Of a stretch of 64,000 bases of DNA, positions 27,994 through 39,362 are shown one piece after another; position 1 is the first letter of the stretch; each line of letters begins with the position of its first letter. The stretch covers positions 378,906 to 442,905 of the forward strand of contig MNCI01002347.1 of the NCBI GenBank assembly GCA_015680685.1. The letters are read 5' to 3'. A program made the translations under genes and the position numbers. Source of the DNA: Gnetum montanum (taxonomy: Eukaryota; Plantae; Gnetophyta). A model generated the notes under the pieces. It made no database searches and had not been told where the DNA came from. It saw nothing but the letters and a program-made list of their open reading frames with translations.

Positions 27994-28699
27994 GGCAGGT
28001 GTTTCAAGGCTCGCCTTCCCTCTTCCACATTGGTGAGTTTGGGGTGTTGACGGTCACTGCAGCATGTCATCCTAGTGCTACACTTTGGCCACTACACTCC
28101 AATTATTACGCTCTAGCTATCACTCCTTCACACTATGCTATGCTTTGTAACTTCTTGTTCACACTTTGAAAAATGATAGTTTACCCTCAGTGAATCATGC
28201 ATATATACCATCCTAGGGTAATTAAATGCACCACCTACTACACCAATGTTTCCACACTTAGGAAACTTTTCTTGAGTTTCTTATGGAGTGTAGCAATGGG
28301 GTGAGCATACCAAGGGGTGAGCGTAGCAACCAGAGTTAGAAATTTTTTTGTTTTTTTCTAATAATTCCCAAATTTAGAAAATTTTTGAGATTTTTTTGGT
28401 TGCCCAGTAAATGCCCAACCCAATTCCATGACCTAGACACTCTTTGCCTAACTTGAACCAATGCATGTTGCATAGATTATGGTTTTCTAAGACCTTAAAC
28501 TGGTAGATTATGATTTGCTAAGACAATAAATTGGCAATCCATGGCCTACCATGGCTCGAAACCAACTTGCACATTTACTTTTTCAATGTCCACTTTTGTA
28601 TGTTTAGGCAATTATTAATTGTATCTCTTTCCTCATGTTATGCATTTTGACTCTATTTAGATAGGTGCAGCTTGATGTTATTTTTGGTTGTTTTTTAGG

Positions 28700-30420
28700 A
28701 TATGTCACAGGATTACAACATGAGTGCACACGAGCATCTTCATTCACCCTTGATCCTCACTAGACCTCACAGTGACCTCATCCGATGCATCGATGTCCAA
28801 TGCCTAGACCTTGAGCCCACAACCTGTGATGACTACGTAACATCTATAGAAGAACCACTAGACTAGCTTGACCATCTAGTTAAGGCTCTTGATTTAGAGG
28901 TAGGTGATGTCACTAAGGATCCCCTCGTTGAAGTCCCTGTAGCAACACTCAATGGTGAAGTAAAGGCACTGAAACTTAGTTCCCTGTTAGAGCCTTAGAA
29001 CACCCAAAGCATTATCAAAGTTCTCAATTGCAACATAAAGGCATTTGCATGGTCTTATAAGGACATGCTAGGCCTAGATCTCAAATAGTATAGCATAATA
29101 TCATCCTTGATCCTTATGTAAAACCAATTAAATAGAAAGCCCTTAAGGTTAGGTGTGAGATGGCATTGGCAGTCTACAATGAAATCACCAAGCTTAGTTG
29201 GTTTCATCTAGGCAATTGACTACGCAAACTAGGTCTTCAACATTGTGGTTGCACCTAAGAAAAATGGATGCATATGCATTTGTATATACTTCTAAGACTT
29301 GAACAAGGTGACCATTAAATATGATTTCCCATTACCTAGTATTGATTAATTGGTTGATAGCATGGTTTGTCATGCCTTGTTGTCCTTCATGAATGGGTTC
29401 TTTGGATACAACCAGATTCAGATCAACCTAGAACACCAACTTAGTACAACCTTTATGACCCCCTAGGGTACATTTTGTTATACAATGATGCCTTTTGGAC
29501 TAAAGAATGTGGGAGCAACCTACCAATGCACGATGACATACATCTTCTGTGACTACTTGTTAGACTTTCTCAATGACTATGTTGATGACATAGTAGTTAA
29601 GTATAAAATGACCCATGAGCATGTAGATGACTTAGACCACGTACTCAAGCATTACCTTAGATATGACCTTAGGTTGAATCCTAAGAAGTGTGTCTTTGGT
29701 GTCAAGATAGGTCACATGCTAGGTTTCATGGTATAAGAAACAGGCACACGTGTAGATCCTGATAAGGTTAAGGTTGTCATCAACTTAGCATTGCTAATTA
29801 ACCTTAAGGAGCTATGTGGGTTACAAGGTAGATTGCAATTCATACATCAGTTTATTACATAGTTGATTGATAAGCTATAGCCAATGCAACATTTTCTCAG
29901 AAAGGGAGTCCACTTCAAGTGGATAGTTCAATGCCAAGAGGCATTTGACAACCTCAAACAGGAGTTGGTTCAACTTCCAACAATCTACCCTTTGCAAGGA
30001 GATAAATCTTTTTACATCTACCTTGCAACTTCCAACACGTCCATCATTTCTCTACTCTGTCAAAAGTGAGACAATGGCTCATAGGCCCCTGTATACTACC
30101 TAAGCCATGCATTAGTGGCCCATGAAGAAAAATACAATGATGTGGAAAAGAACTACCTTGTCTTAGTCTTTGCACTCAAGAAGTAAAGGCATTATCTCTT
30201 TTGTAGCTAGATAAACATCATCTACAAAAGTAATGTACTTTGGGCAATCACAAGAAACATCTACAAAAGTAGTTGAATCACACGGTGGAAAGTAATAACC
30301 ATGGAGTTTGACTTGCACTACATAGCACAAGCATTAATCAAAGGTTAAGTAATAGCCGAACAACTAATAGCTTTGCCAATAAATGATCAAGCAACCATAG
30401 ATCCATAATTCCTGGATGAG
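28700..30420 (+). pseudogene. pol: Reverse transcriptase and Gypsy RNase H of element B
   Basis: AFAWSYKDMLGLD (~29040), GFFGYNQI, MPFGLKNVGATYQ, YVDDIVV (~29578), LNPKKCVFGV, FYIYLATS, PVYYLS, IKG*VIAEQL. Confidence 0.92.
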
Positions 30421-30459
30421 CATGTTAGTAGTATAAGCCAAGTAACTACCAACTTTGAG

Positions 30460-30840
30460 GCAATATTACACTTCGATGGTAGTTCAACCTCTCAAGGAGG
30501 TAGTGTCACTATCGTAATCACATTTCCCTCTGGGGAGATCTGACCCTTCGCTTATCATTTTACATTCCCTTGTACTAATAACGTAGAAAAGTACGAAGGT
30601 CTCCTTAGAGGCATCTCAGTAGCTTATGACCTAGAAATCTGAAGCCTAGAAATCCAAGGAAATTCACAGTTAGTCATCAACCAAGTTACAGAGGTTTATG
30701 CTTATAAAGCACAACACTTACAACTTTATTTTGAATTGGTGAAGCATTTGCTTCAATGGTTTGCAACTATAGATATCCAGCACATCCTTCACAACAAAAA
30801 TGCCATTGCTGACACATTAGCCACATTAGCAATAAGCATT
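30460..30840 (+). pseudogene. Additional archaeal-type RNase H (aRH) of Tat elements
   Basis: LHFDGSS...CTNNVEKYEGL...IQGNSQLVINQV...NAIADTLA matches the aRH pattern LYFDGAS...TNNVAEYEAL...GDSQLV...NxxADxLA. Confidence 0.9.
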
Positions 30841-30949
30841 GCACCTAACATGTTTCATGTCATGCTCACCTCAATAACGGATTGCACTAAACCTATTACA
30901 CACACAACTGACATTGCATCCTTAGTCACAACAAGCACAACACACAAAC

Positions 30950-32210
30950 AAGAGTGGTATGATGAGATCAAGTCATATCTTCAACAAGGTGAGCCTCCCC
31001 AACATCTGACCATTGCCTAAAAGGATGTAGTGCAGAAACGGTCACGGTAGTATGTCATTGTAGGTGATCACATGCTTTGTTGTAGATCCTATGATGGCAT
31101 ACTACTAACCTATGTTAGTGACAACGAAGCACAAATGATCATCGATCAAGTTCATGAGGGACTATGCGAAGGCCACATAGCACCCATGGCAATGGGATTG
31201 AAAATTAGATGCTTAGGCTACTATTGGCCTTACATGGAGTGTGATTGTGTTTCCAAGGTCAAGACATGTGATGTGTGTCAATGGCATGGCAACTTAATGC
31301 ATGTGCCATCCACTAAACTGCACACCACAAAAATCACATGGTTGTTTCAATGTTGGAGGTTGGATATCATAGGGCCCATCACACCTAAGTCCTTTGTAGG
31401 ACATAGCTTCATCATTATTACAATCGAATATTTTACCAAATGGGTTGAAGCTATTCTCCTTAGGAAGACAAGATCAGAAAAGGTTTTCAAATTCATCCTT
31501 GATAATATAGTGACCTGACTTTGTCTACCCATGACCATTGTCATGGACAANTCGTCTAGATCAACAAGCTTGAATCCTCCATTGTCATAGGCCTTAGTGA
31601 CCAAGAAAGGCCCTTCCCAATTGGCTGAGAATTTGCTCGTGGGTTTGTGAATGGCCTTAAGGACTAGGTCACCCTCCTTGACTTGGTGTTAGTGCTTATT
31701 ATGGCAGTGCTTNGCAACAGCAAATGATGATGGCACAAGCAGCTTGTCTACACACTATGGGCCTATCGCACCACGTGTAGGATAGCAATAAGTAAGATGC
31801 ACTATAGCCTTGTATATGGGTCTAAAGAAATTTTGCCTCTTAAATTGCAAGTTCCATTGCTCCATGTAATCCTCTCAAGCTTCATAGATGAGGCTCAGAA
31901 CAACAAGTTGAGAATCATAAACCTTGACTCAATAGAGGAAGAGTGCATGTAGATGCTTGATCAAATCGAGCGATACCAACAAATGCAATGGCAAAAGCAC
32001 TGCCATAATAAGCACTAACACCAAGTCAAGGAGGGTGACCTAGTCCTTAAGGCCATTCACAAACCCACGAGCAAATTCTCAGCCAATTGGGAAGGGCCTT
32101 TCTTGGTCACTAAGGCCTATGACAATGGAGGATTCAAGCTTGTTGATCTAGACGATAATGAATTTTCCAATCCAGTAAAGCTCTCATACTTAAAGCCATA
32201 TTATGCCTAA
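30950..32210 (+). pseudogene. Integrase of element B (HHCC zinc finger, core, GPY/F motif)
   Basis: VHEGLCEGH...GYYWP...CDVCQ; W.LDIIGP; EYFTKWVEA; LWAYRTT; NWEGPF. Confidence 0.92.
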
Positions 32211-32254
32211 TACACAATGCCACATCAATGACAAAGCAAGGTATGCAAGAGTCT

Positions 32255-32437
32255 CCTATGACTATAAACTGGTACAAAAAGTCTGCTATGACTCTAAATT
32301 GGCACAGAGTGTTTACTACAATGTCAAACCGGCACAAATCATCCTTGGTCTATGATGTTAAACTAGCATCCACAACACACCCATCCACTATGATGTTAAA
32401 CTGGCACAACAAGTCCACTATGACTTTAAACTAGCAC
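32255..32437 (+). repeat. Tandem array of ~30-40 bp units, core ATGAC(T)xTAAACTGGCAC
   Basis: Six copies of ctatga..taaac/attggcac directly after the integrase stop. Confidence 0.85.
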
Positions 32438-32472
32438 TACTTGTCCTTTGTTCAAGTCTCATGCATTTCACA

Positions 32473-32720
32473 TATATTGTATTATTTTAGTAAACCTTGT
32501 CCTACTTTTCACATATATATATCCAAGGAATTTCTTGAAAATTTTCATAATGGAATCATCAATATAATTTTAGTAAGAATTTGACTATTTCATCATCAAT
32601 TCATTAATATTCATCATTATTTACTCAATCTTGGAATTTGAATACTAAAAAATGAAGACATTCACATATTTCAATTATAGGTCACTCATTTTGCAAAATT
32701 TTTAAATAATTTTAGATTTA
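32473..32720 (+). repeat. Dispersed repeat, copy 2 (homologous to 15125-15410)
   Basis: See copy 1. Lies where element B is truncated. Confidence 0.75.
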
Positions 32721-32729
32721 TTATAAATC

Positions 32730-35308
32730 AAGAACATCTTAGCATATAGAGCTTGTGTAGAAGATGTATGTGTATGACATTGCTTGTATGCAGTAGTCAC
32801 TATAAAAGAAGACACCTAGTGGCTAATAACTAAAAGAGAGTGCAATTTCAAAATATGCATGAAACTGATGAAACGAATCACAAGTGCTTATATAGAAGAA
32901 AAAAATGAGATAGAGTAATTAAGAATGCAAATTTTCCAAGTATAATGCCAACAAGATGAAGATGTGGAATAGGAAAGGTTAGATATTCCAGATAAACTAG
33001 AACTAGAGCCCATCAAACTCTAGATATCATTAGACATACTAGAATATGTATTTCTCAACAATGAAACACTAGTAATTATCAATGTCAATCTTAGTAAAGA
33101 ATAGAAGAAAACATTACTCAAGGTAATAAACAAATTACCAACAAAATTTGCATGGGCATATGATAAGATCATAATAATCAACACATACATATACCAACAT
33201 TAAATATAACAAATCCTACTATTAAGCCATGCTATCAAACTTAACTACGTTTGAATCTAACCTAAAGAAAGTGATAAAATAGAAACTCAAAAAAAAAAAA
33301 AATACTTGAGGAAAGATTCATATATTGGGTTAGCCAATTATTTATTGTTCTAGAAAGAATAGAAAGTAAAGGATTTATATTGATCTTTTATTATTAAATG
33401 TGGTAAAATTTAAGAACCACTTTATACTACATTTATTGATAAAGTCTTAGATACTGTTGTAGGGCATCAATACTATAACTTTTTGGATGAGTATAATGGA
33501 TACAATTAAATTCAAATAGCATGAAGAAATCAAGAAAAGATCACATTCATCAATCCATGTGGAACGTTCACTTATTGATAAATGCCATTTAGTATTTGTA
33601 GTGTACCTACTATATTCAAAAATGTTTTCTTTAATATTTTTCAAAAATATATTGGTAATGAGGTTGAAGTGTGCATGAACAATTCTTCTACTTATGGATC
33701 TAGCTTTGAACAAGCCTTGGATTTCTTAGAGTAAGCATTGAAAAGATGTGTGGAAACCAATTTAAAGCTCAAAAGAGCTATTTAATGGTCTAAAAAGTTA
33801 TAGTTTTAGGGCACAAGGTCTTACAAGAAGAAATTGAGGTAGATCTAAACAAACTTTAATACATCTAAAGCATAATCTAGAGATCATAAAATATTAAAGA
33901 TATTTTATTCTTTCTTGAACATACTAGGTATTATCGAAGATTCATTAAAAATTTATCAAAAATGATAAAGCTACTAATGAAACTTATCAAGAAAGATGCA
34001 TCATTTATTTGGTAAAAAGAGTATGAAAAGGTATTTGAGAGCCTCAAGTAGAACCTTGTAGAGACTCTAATCTCAAGGGCTCTAGGCAAGTCCAAACCTT
34101 TTTACATTATAATAAATACTTTAAATTATGCATTAGGTGTTGTACTTACATAGTTAGATGATCAAAAGCAACCATATTACATTCATTGTGCAAGTTAGAG
34201 TATTATGGGGGTACAACTTAACTACACCACTATAGAAAAAGAATTGATGGATGAGATGTATATAGTAAAAAATTTCAACATTATGTGCTTGGTTATCCAA
34301 TTTATATCTATACTAACCATAGCACAATTAGATTCTTAATGAATAATGCTATAATACGTTCAAAAGTTATTAGATCACTCATGATCTTTAAACAGTTTAA
34401 CATCATCATGATTGATTATAAAGGAATTGAGAATGAAGTAGTGGATCGTTTGTTAAGAATAAGATAGGAGATAGAAGAAAATATAGAGTGATTGTTAGAC
34501 AATTTAAAAATGAATTGCTATTCACTAAAGCAGCAATAGTTGTATACCCAAAGATAATAAAATCCTACCTAGAAAATTACCTAACTTATTTAATCACTCA
34601 AGAAGTACTTCTTGAATGGAATAGGAAGAAGAAGGAATAATTTATTCCTTGAATAAAATACTTCATAGAAATCAAGGGTAATCTTTATGAAATTTATGCT
34701 GACAAGCTAATAAGATGGTATATGTGAGAGAGAAAAGTCACCAAAGGGTTTTCTAGAATGTACACAAAGGACCATGTGGGGGTCATTATGCAGGGTGATG
34801 AACATCCATCAAATAACTCATGACTTGGTATTTTTACCCTACCATATTTATGGATACATACCAATTTCCTTAGTCTTATGAAAGATGTTAGCAAGATGGA
34901 GGGATGATAGCCACACATGAAGGCCCATAACAATGGACATAACTATTGGAATCATTTGACATATTAGAAATTAATTTCATGCAACCCATCACACTAATTC
35001 CAAATAGAAAAGCATAACTAATAATTATTGTTGATTACTGCACAAAATGGATGGAAGGTAATGCAGTTAAGAATTACACATTAGTAATAATAGCTAAGTT
35101 CTTGAAACAACATGTCATGAATAGATTTGGAGTACTAAAAATGCAAATCTTGGATAATGGAAAATATCTCATAGGAGCTACTTTCAAGAAACTGATGTAA
35201 AATCTTGGGGTTAATTATAAGTTAACAACATATCATCCTTAAGGTAATGGATAGGGAAAAGTGACTAAAAAAGAAATAACACAAATTTTAACTAGAATAA
35301 TTAGTCGA
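32730..35308 (+). pseudogene. pol: pol remnant of element C (RT, RNase H, integrase N-terminal part)
   Basis: FAWAYD, FLDEYNGYN*I, MPFSIC, NYTTIEKEL, YTNHSTIRFLM, GPCGGHYAG, VDYCTKWME. Homologous to pol of D and G. Confidence 0.8.
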
Positions 35309-36221
35309 TGATGAGCAACAAGGTACCCCTATGCCCAACCATATGAATCACAAAGCATTCACATGCGATCTAGTCAAATTCTGTCAACTTTATTGTTTCC
35401 AGTGCACTAGCTCTTTAGGAAGTGAATCTAGCCTTAAGGTCAATCATTGTCCTCCCAATTACACTTGTGATGTACATTGGTATGGTTAAGTGTAACTGAG
35501 GCATCTGATTTTTATCATTTTATATTTTATATTTTGGTGCTTGAAATTTAGATAAAAGGAGTTTAATTAACTAATCTAAATTACCCATTAACTAATCCTA
35601 ACATAAGTATCTGTTCCCACTTGCTGTACACATCCTAAACCCACATATCCACTGTTGGGCAACCAAACGCTATGCTACTAGGCATACCAAGTGAGAAAAA
35701 TGCTGGGATTACAAGGTAAATATGTGCTCGAAGGGATTGTACTTATGTGTGTAATCTATCTCGTTTAATTGTTTCATTAACATAATAACTGGAAAATATT
35801 TGATAACTAATTGAAAGCATTTAATAAATAATTTAAAAACATTAAATGGATAAATAAAATAGCTAATCTATCCAAAGTGCTACAAGGTTATTAGAAAGGT
35901 CATCTGTATTGCCACACACACAGTCGTCCTTAGGTACAAAAATGCTTGAATAAATATCTGTACACTCAATAACTCCTGTTGCAGGTACTTAGGGAAAAAA
36001 TTTCTAACTTTTGAATGGAAAAAATGCAAGAGCTTCACTACTACTAAAATCTGGATTCTCCATTAATCTGGCTAGTAGGTGCATATTTATAGGTGACGAA
36101 TAGACACTGCATCGACAAGGCCTTGTCGATGCAGGACGAGATGCATTAACAAGGCCTCATTGACATGGTCAATTATGTTGACAAGGCCTCATCGATGCAA
36201 CCACCCAACGATGACTCATCA
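35309..36221 (-). repeat. 3' LTR of element D
   Basis: Inverted termini tgatgag / ctcatca. Aligns with 46075-46650 and with the LTR of F. TATA CCTATAAATA on the minus strand at ~36084-36093. Confidence 0.9.
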
Positions 36222-36449
36222 TACCACCACGACTAAATGAAAACTCATCCTCAATTTCTTTTACAAAATTGGGAAGGCATGGGATTATTGATTCACTTTT
36301 TTTTCAACCAAACAAACTTGACTAACTTGACAAAAAATGGAGTGCCCAGGTGTATGGATCAACACATTACAAAAAATGGTGGTGTTCAGGACACAAAATT
36401 GAATACCATAACCCAACTCTTCAAAAATTGGACAACACATTCTTTGATG

Positions 36450-39362
36450 ATGTGAAGCTTGTTGGAGAAGATCAAATGGTCCCAGGTGATGGTACTTCTT
36501 GAGGCTCTAAGGGACCTTCACCAACTTCACATATTGGCGATGGTTGAGGGGATCGTGGTTGTCTTGTTGCTATTGCAACTTAAGTGGGAGGTAGAAAGCA
36601 TCCAGCAGTGCTTTCATTTTCTTCTCCTTACTCCTAGGATCATGCTTCCTCCATGTAGCTTCCCCAATGTGGGTTGGAATAAGCACATCCCAAGGACATG
36701 ATATTGTTGGAAAGAACTCTTTAACATTAATGAACCAGATAGTGAACTATTTGTGTTCAATTTCAAACACTCACATTGTGTTGTTTAGCTCCTGGTAGTC
36801 ATTCATTGTTTGGCTAGGTCCTTAGTAATGGATCATTGATCTGTGAATCACCCTTTGAGGAATTCGAGTTCAGCATTAGCAGTCTCAAAATTTTACTTGG
36901 TATCCTTGTGGTGTTTGAACTCAGCCTCGATTAGCAGATACAAGCTAGCCACTTGTTTCTCCAATTCTAACTATAGCCATCTAGCTATTAGCATTACCAA
37001 TTTTGCATAACAGAGATTGACCAACTTCATATACTTTGTCATTTCTTTGATTTGTAGCTCCTTCAAGTGGATCTCTACTTTCTTGTAGGTGTTAATCCCA
37101 ACAATGGGTTGCCACATATCTCTTCCTTATTGGAGTTGCTGGAGAGCGTCATTTACTTTAGCCTTTGTCATCTAGATTTCTTTTTCATTAATTTCCTTTT
37201 GCAAGCCAACCTGGTCCCTATAGTGATTTTTCACTGTCTCAAATTTAACAACTTCATTCTTCCAGGCGATGATTTCAATGGCAGACTTTTGTCACAAGGT
37301 GCATACCTCCTCCATTAACAGATTATGGTTCTCAGTAGCTAGTTTCCTTAGTTCAATGTTGACTTTGGCAAGTTGCTCCTACTGTTGATGAATGAATTCT
37401 TGCATTTGATATTTCTAAGCATCAACATTTCATAGGCGATGATTTTGCATGGTCAATGCTTCATTTTATTGGCACATCTTATTCAAGTTCTTTTTGATTG
37501 AGCGTGTTTCAGCTTTTGCCATGAACTGTTTAAAAAAGGCCATTACTGCTTCCTCCTCAGCTTTTTGAAATCATTCTTAAAGTTGTTTAATAACTTCATC
37601 TCTTGTCATTTCTGGGTTAAGGATTGCTTGTTTTGCAAGTTGGGCACGAAGTTCAACAACCTTCATGACCAAGCATTGATTTTGCTCTTGGGTTGTTTCT
37701 AGTTTCCCCTTCAAAGGGATGCATTTGCCCCTTGCATTTAGCAACTCTAACTGGGTTGCAGTGATGTTCTCTAGAAGATCAAAGATATCTAAAATCAGTT
37801 TCCTGGTTCCTACTAGTCATTCCAACAATTGTTCATGCTGGGCTACGTTTAATTTTCCGCTGACCATGCCTGTGGATGTCTACACATCTTGGAGTGCAGA
37901 TACATCTGGTACAGATGCTGTGGGTTATTCAGAGCTTTAGCTACACAGTCAGCTACCACTTCTATCGCTATCTCTTGCCCTTGGTGCTACATCACCAAGA
38001 CAATTGCCTCTTCACTGTTCTCCAACCTTACTAAGAAAGTGACAACATTCCCAGAGATTTCTAGGAATAGATGATGTATTGCTAATGATACTATCACCTC
38101 CCAAGCATTGGGATTTGACCTCAAAGGTAGCTACGTTCTTTGAGCAAAGAAAATAGAACCAGCTATCTTCATCTGGCTAACTGTTCAGGCCACCTCATTA
38201 AGGTGACTCATTGCTAGTCAATACATAGATGAATCCATTCCACTTATTCATGTTTGCTGCTCTTGTTCACTTAAGAGATGCTCTCAAATTTTTCACAGTT
38301 GCTCTCAAATTTTTTGTAGATTCTCAAGGACTACACAGGCCTTTGGTGTTGTCTTCTGAGTGGGTGGTGGTGGTGGCAACTCCACTTCTTGAATGGTTTT
38401 TGGCATTTTATCATTCATGATTTTTACCCATGAGGCTAAGGAAGCATGCCTAAGAGTATCATTAGAATAGCGAATGATGCCTGTCCTTTTGCAAAGTTTT
38501 CTGATAAGTCACGGAGAAGGCAGGGTCTTCCTTCTATGTTCATTCTCCTTGAAATGCTTCTAAATTTCCAAATAAATTAGTTGTGGAGATTAACAAGAAA
38601 TTTCTTGCTTACAGCAGTGCATGCTCAAGCAAAGAAAGTAGTCACCTTGCTTAGCCTCACCATTGGATTGAGGTGATAGGCCGCAATCTTGAAGTAAATC
38701 CACTCTGCCGTTGTAAGCACACCATACTCCTTACTATCCACCCTGTGGCATCGCTAAGTCCACTTCCTTTTTGCCTTAGGATCACCTTTTTTGATATCTC
38801 TACCAACTTTTTTTCAATGTCTGGCAACCTTAGTGCTTGTACAATGGCCTTCGTCAAGTAAGATACTTCAATGTCCTTGATTTTTAAAATGGACCTTAGC
38901 CTTTGACTATTCCAAAAGAGATAGGTCTCTCCCATGTGCCATTCCCTACTAGTCATGATGATTGGCCACATGTGAGAGGTTTGTAATTGTGTTCTAGAGC
39001 TTTTTCCAAAAATGGCCCAAATTTTATCTCTTGAAGAATTGATCTTTGGATCTCTTGGGACTTGATGATGTCTAGGCAAGCTTGAGTCAAAGTGACCTCA
39101 AGCCTTGGCACAAGTCCAAGCACTTCTCCTCATTAAGATTGTTCTGTAGGCACTTCTTCTTTTGGAATCTATCAAACAGATTCCACTTTAGGCTCCTCAC
39201 AAAGAGGTCCCGTTGCATGGGTTGCCTCTTGTTGTTCTTAACCTTGTTCCTGCTAGCCCATTCCAACTCTAGGTCACTTCTCCCGTGGTTATGAGGGTTC
39301 TCGTTCTTGCAGATGTTTGGGTGCCATTTGTAATCATAATAAAACCATGGATTAGTAATCAT
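36450..39362 (-). pseudogene. Accessory (env-like) ORF of element D downstream of integrase, with a coiled-coil-like C-terminal half
   Basis: About 2.9 kb of degraded coding-like sequence in pol sense. ILKIKDIEVSYLTKAIVQALRLP matches TKIEGISMPYLVEAITKALILS of C (~49745-49810). Confidence 0.6.

Larger units (their letters stand above)
17975..32435 (+). mobile_element. Element B: degraded Tat-clade Gypsy element, gag-PR / antisense gene / RT-RH-aRH-INT. 3' LTR absent.
   Basis: Domains in order on the + strand, including a second, archaeal-type RNase H diagnostic of the Tat clade. Left boundary approximate. Confidence 0.85.

Noticed and set aside
31552-31712. Perfect 161-bp inverted copy of 31995-32155 inside the integrase
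   Set aside because: Flanked by single Ns (31551, 31713), identical despite the element's age, and replaces a missing core segment. This looks like a gap-filling or mis-orientation artefact, not a hairpin locus.
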